The position numbers and the translations under genes were made by a program. A DNA stretch of 64,000 nucleotides from Syntrophales bacterium (GTDB lineage Bacteria > Desulfobacterota > Syntrophia > Syntrophales > UBA2210): NCBI GenBank assembly GCA_963666365.2, contig CAXXNF010000002.1, positions 640,001 to 704,000 on the forward strand, written 5' to 3'. The notes beneath the pieces are model-generated. The model saw nothing but the letters and a program-made list of their open reading frames with translations. It had not been told where the DNA came from and searched no databases. Shown piece after piece: positions 62,295 through 64,000 of the stretch (the first letter of the stretch is position 1; every line of letters starts with the position of its first letter).

Positions 62295-62398
62295 AATCAA
62301 AAGTTTAAGTACGCATGTTAATCGTCGTCACCGAAAGGCCCTTCCCGCTGAGGGACCCGTCACTGCGACTGAACATCAAAGGAAAGGATACCCACTCC

Positions 62399-62677
62399 GT
62401 GACCACTTTATACCGTTGTAAAAAAACATCCCTTTTTATTACAGAGCCCTGTGATGACAAAACATGCGAATGGTGGCTGAAAAGCGACACATTCTGCAAC
62501 TGCACCTGGGTCGCGTGCAATTATGGTCCCTTTACCCTTGAAGAAGTGGGAGAAATGATGGGCGTAACCCGGGAGCGCATACGCCAGATAGAAGCGAAGG
62601 CCCTGAAAAAACTTCAGCACAAAAAACGTAAAGACCAGCTGCTTGATTTTGCAAACCACTATTACGAAGAGAAATAG
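62399..62677 (+). CDS. Small Cys-rich protein with a stand-alone sigma70 region 4 HTH
   Basis: Six Cys, then [31 protein letters not shown] at 62399 after AAAGGAAAGGA (ORF track starts at 62315). Confidence 0.8.
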   Translation: MTTLYRCKKTSLFITEPCDDKTCEWWLKSDTFCNCTWVACNYGPFTLEEVGEMMGVTRERIRQIEAKALKKLQHKKRKDQLLDFANHYYEEK

Positions 62678-62678
62678 T

Positions 62679-63458
62679 CTAGCGCTCCTTCTCTTTTCGC
62701 GATCTCAATTCATTAAGAAAAGTCTCCATATATTCCCTTCTCTCGCTCCGTGAGAAGAGGATCGACGTCACTTCAAATTCATATTCCAGCGCGGTATTCT
62801 TGTCGAGACGCGGAACAATATCGGAGAGTCTCTTCACGGCTTCCACCGTTCGGGCCGGCCTGAGCGACAATTCCCGGGCAAAGGATTTCGCCTCATCCAT
62901 AAAGGCATCGGGAGGCAGCACCTTGTTGACAAGTCCGATGCGCAACGCTTCCTTTGCCCCGATCGGCTCACCGAGCATGGTGATTTCTTTTGCCTTTGCC
63001 GTCCCTACAATGCGCCGAAGCGGATCAAAAAGAGGATTTAACCCGAATTTCAATTCGGGATGACCGAAAATGGCCGTTTCAGAGGCAACAATGAGATCGC
63101 ACACAACGGCAAGATTAAAACCTCCTCCCAGGGCTATTCCACCCACGGCGGCAACAACCGGTTTCTTGAACGTATAAATCTTCTGGAGATATTTGATCAT
63201 CGAAGTGATGTAGTCGTCCAATAGACTGCCTGAAAGATTTGCCAGTTCCTTCAGATCGATGCCTGCCGAAAATACGTATTCTCCCCCGGTCAGCACCACC
63301 GCACGGATGTCGTCGTCATCCTCCATCGCATTGAAACAATCAATAAGTTCTCTTTGCATGTCCATGCAAAGAGCGTTCATTTCTTTCGGCCTGTTCAGCG
63401 TGACTACGCAGAAATTATTTTCCCTTTCGACCTGCAGCATTGTATAGGTGTGTTGCAT
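62679..63458 (-). CDS. Enoyl-CoA hydratase/isomerase family protein
   Basis: LNRPKEMNAL, FSAGIDL, KPVVAAVGGIALGGG, FGHPE. Confidence 0.9.
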   Translation of the reverse strand: MQHTYTMLQVERENNFCVVTLNRPKEMNALCMDMQRELIDCFNAMEDDDDIRAVVLTGGEYVFSAGIDLKELANLSGSLLDDYITSMIKYLQKIYTFKKPVVAAVGGIALGGGFNLAVVCDLIVASETAIFGHPELKFGLNPLFDPLRRIVGTAKAKEITMLGEPIGAKEALRIGLVNKVLPPDAFMDEAKSFARELSLRPARTVEAVKRLSDIVPRLDKNTALEYEFEVTSILFSRSERREYMETFLNELRSRKEKER

Positions 63459-63518
63459 CGTATGAGTTATCCACCATCTTCTTTATGTTTTTGCATTACT
63501 GAAACTTCTTTTTCATGA

Positions 63519-64000
63519 TTACAGTCTGTCTCCCATCCCAACGGGATAGAGATACTGTATCCCCGTATCGTGGTTCAACAGGGTCTCTGAAATCTCCGAC
63601 AGGCTTTCACTGATAAGATAACGCAGGAGGCTTATTCTCTTCTTCGGGTATACCACTACGGGTTTCCCTGTGATGCCGGCAATACGCGCCGCCACTTCAA
63701 TTGAGTCATCAAAACTGCCCAGTTCATCTACAAGACCATAATCAAGAGCCTGTCGGCCGGTAAAAATCCTGGCATCCGCAAGGGCACTGACCTTTTCTGC
63801 GGGTATTCTGCGACTCGTTGCTATCGCGTCGACGAATTGAGCGTGAATGTCGTCGGTAACTGACTGTATAATCTTTTTTTCTTCATCCGTCATGTCCCTG
63901 AATGGGGATCCGACATCCTTGTATTTTCCGCTTTTGATCACCGTTGCCTTCAGCCCGATTTTTTCAAGAAGTTGATCAATCTGCGAGAACTGAATGATGA
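63519..64000 (-). CDS. sppA: Signal peptide peptidase SppA (5' end lies outside the window)
   Basis: LLEKIGL...IKSGKYKD, ADARIFTGRQA, GLVDELG; frame open to the window edge. Confidence 0.9.
   Translation of the reverse strand, partial: IIQFSQIDQLLEKIGLKATVIKSGKYKDVGSPFRDMTDEEKKIIQSVTDDIHAQFVDAIATSRRIPAEKVSALADARIFTGRQALDYGLVDELGSFDDSIEVAARIAGITGKPVVVYPKKRISLLRYLISESLSEISETLLNHDTGIQYLYPVGMGDRL

Noticed and set aside
62324..62369. Possible riboswitch in the sigma4 gene leader (GTCG...CCGAAAGG...CCCT/AGGG...CGAC)
   Set aside because: Stems are only 2-4 bp and match no riboswitch consensus I know; an Rfam scan would settle it
1..64000. CRISPR arrays, rRNA/tRNA genes, transposases, integrases, prophage or defence genes
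   Set aside because: None recognised by eye; intergenic gaps are short and lack periodic repeats. A small RNA could still be missed without a covariance-model scan.

Overview
Gene-dense bacterial chromosomal window. The gene set (FeoAB, a four-subunit 2-oxoacid:ferredoxin oxidoreductase, family I CoA-transferase, Liv-type ABC transporters, enoyl-CoA hydratases) suggests an anaerobic deltaproteobacterium, probably Desulfobacterota/Syntrophales-like; this is inference. In order, it holds: M20 hydrolase, phoH/7TM-HD/ybeY, then convergent radical SAM-corC-lnt-prfB (programmed +1 frameshift)-mltD; amidase; feoAB; rmuC, mtgA, a short S1 and YihY; a CoA-transferase + Liv ABC + MoxR/vWA block (vWA gene frameshifted); an oxidoreductase operon; a surface-glycan modification locus; pyk, lon, hsp20; an AddAB-like pair; and partial sppA. 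I saw no rRNA, tRNA, CRISPR, IS or prophage. Best candidates for undescribed biology: (1) a MerR-like HTH fused to a class III adenylate cyclase with all catalytic residues intact, whose promoter carries two perfect TATACwGTATA palindromes 32 bp apart flanking a TTGACA, plus degenerate copies; (2) a stand-alone Cys-rich sigma70 region 4 protein whose promoter has two inverted -35-like hexamers; (3) an in-frame, internally deleted GH13 sugar phosphorylase remnant. All calls come from motif recognition by eye; no searches were run.
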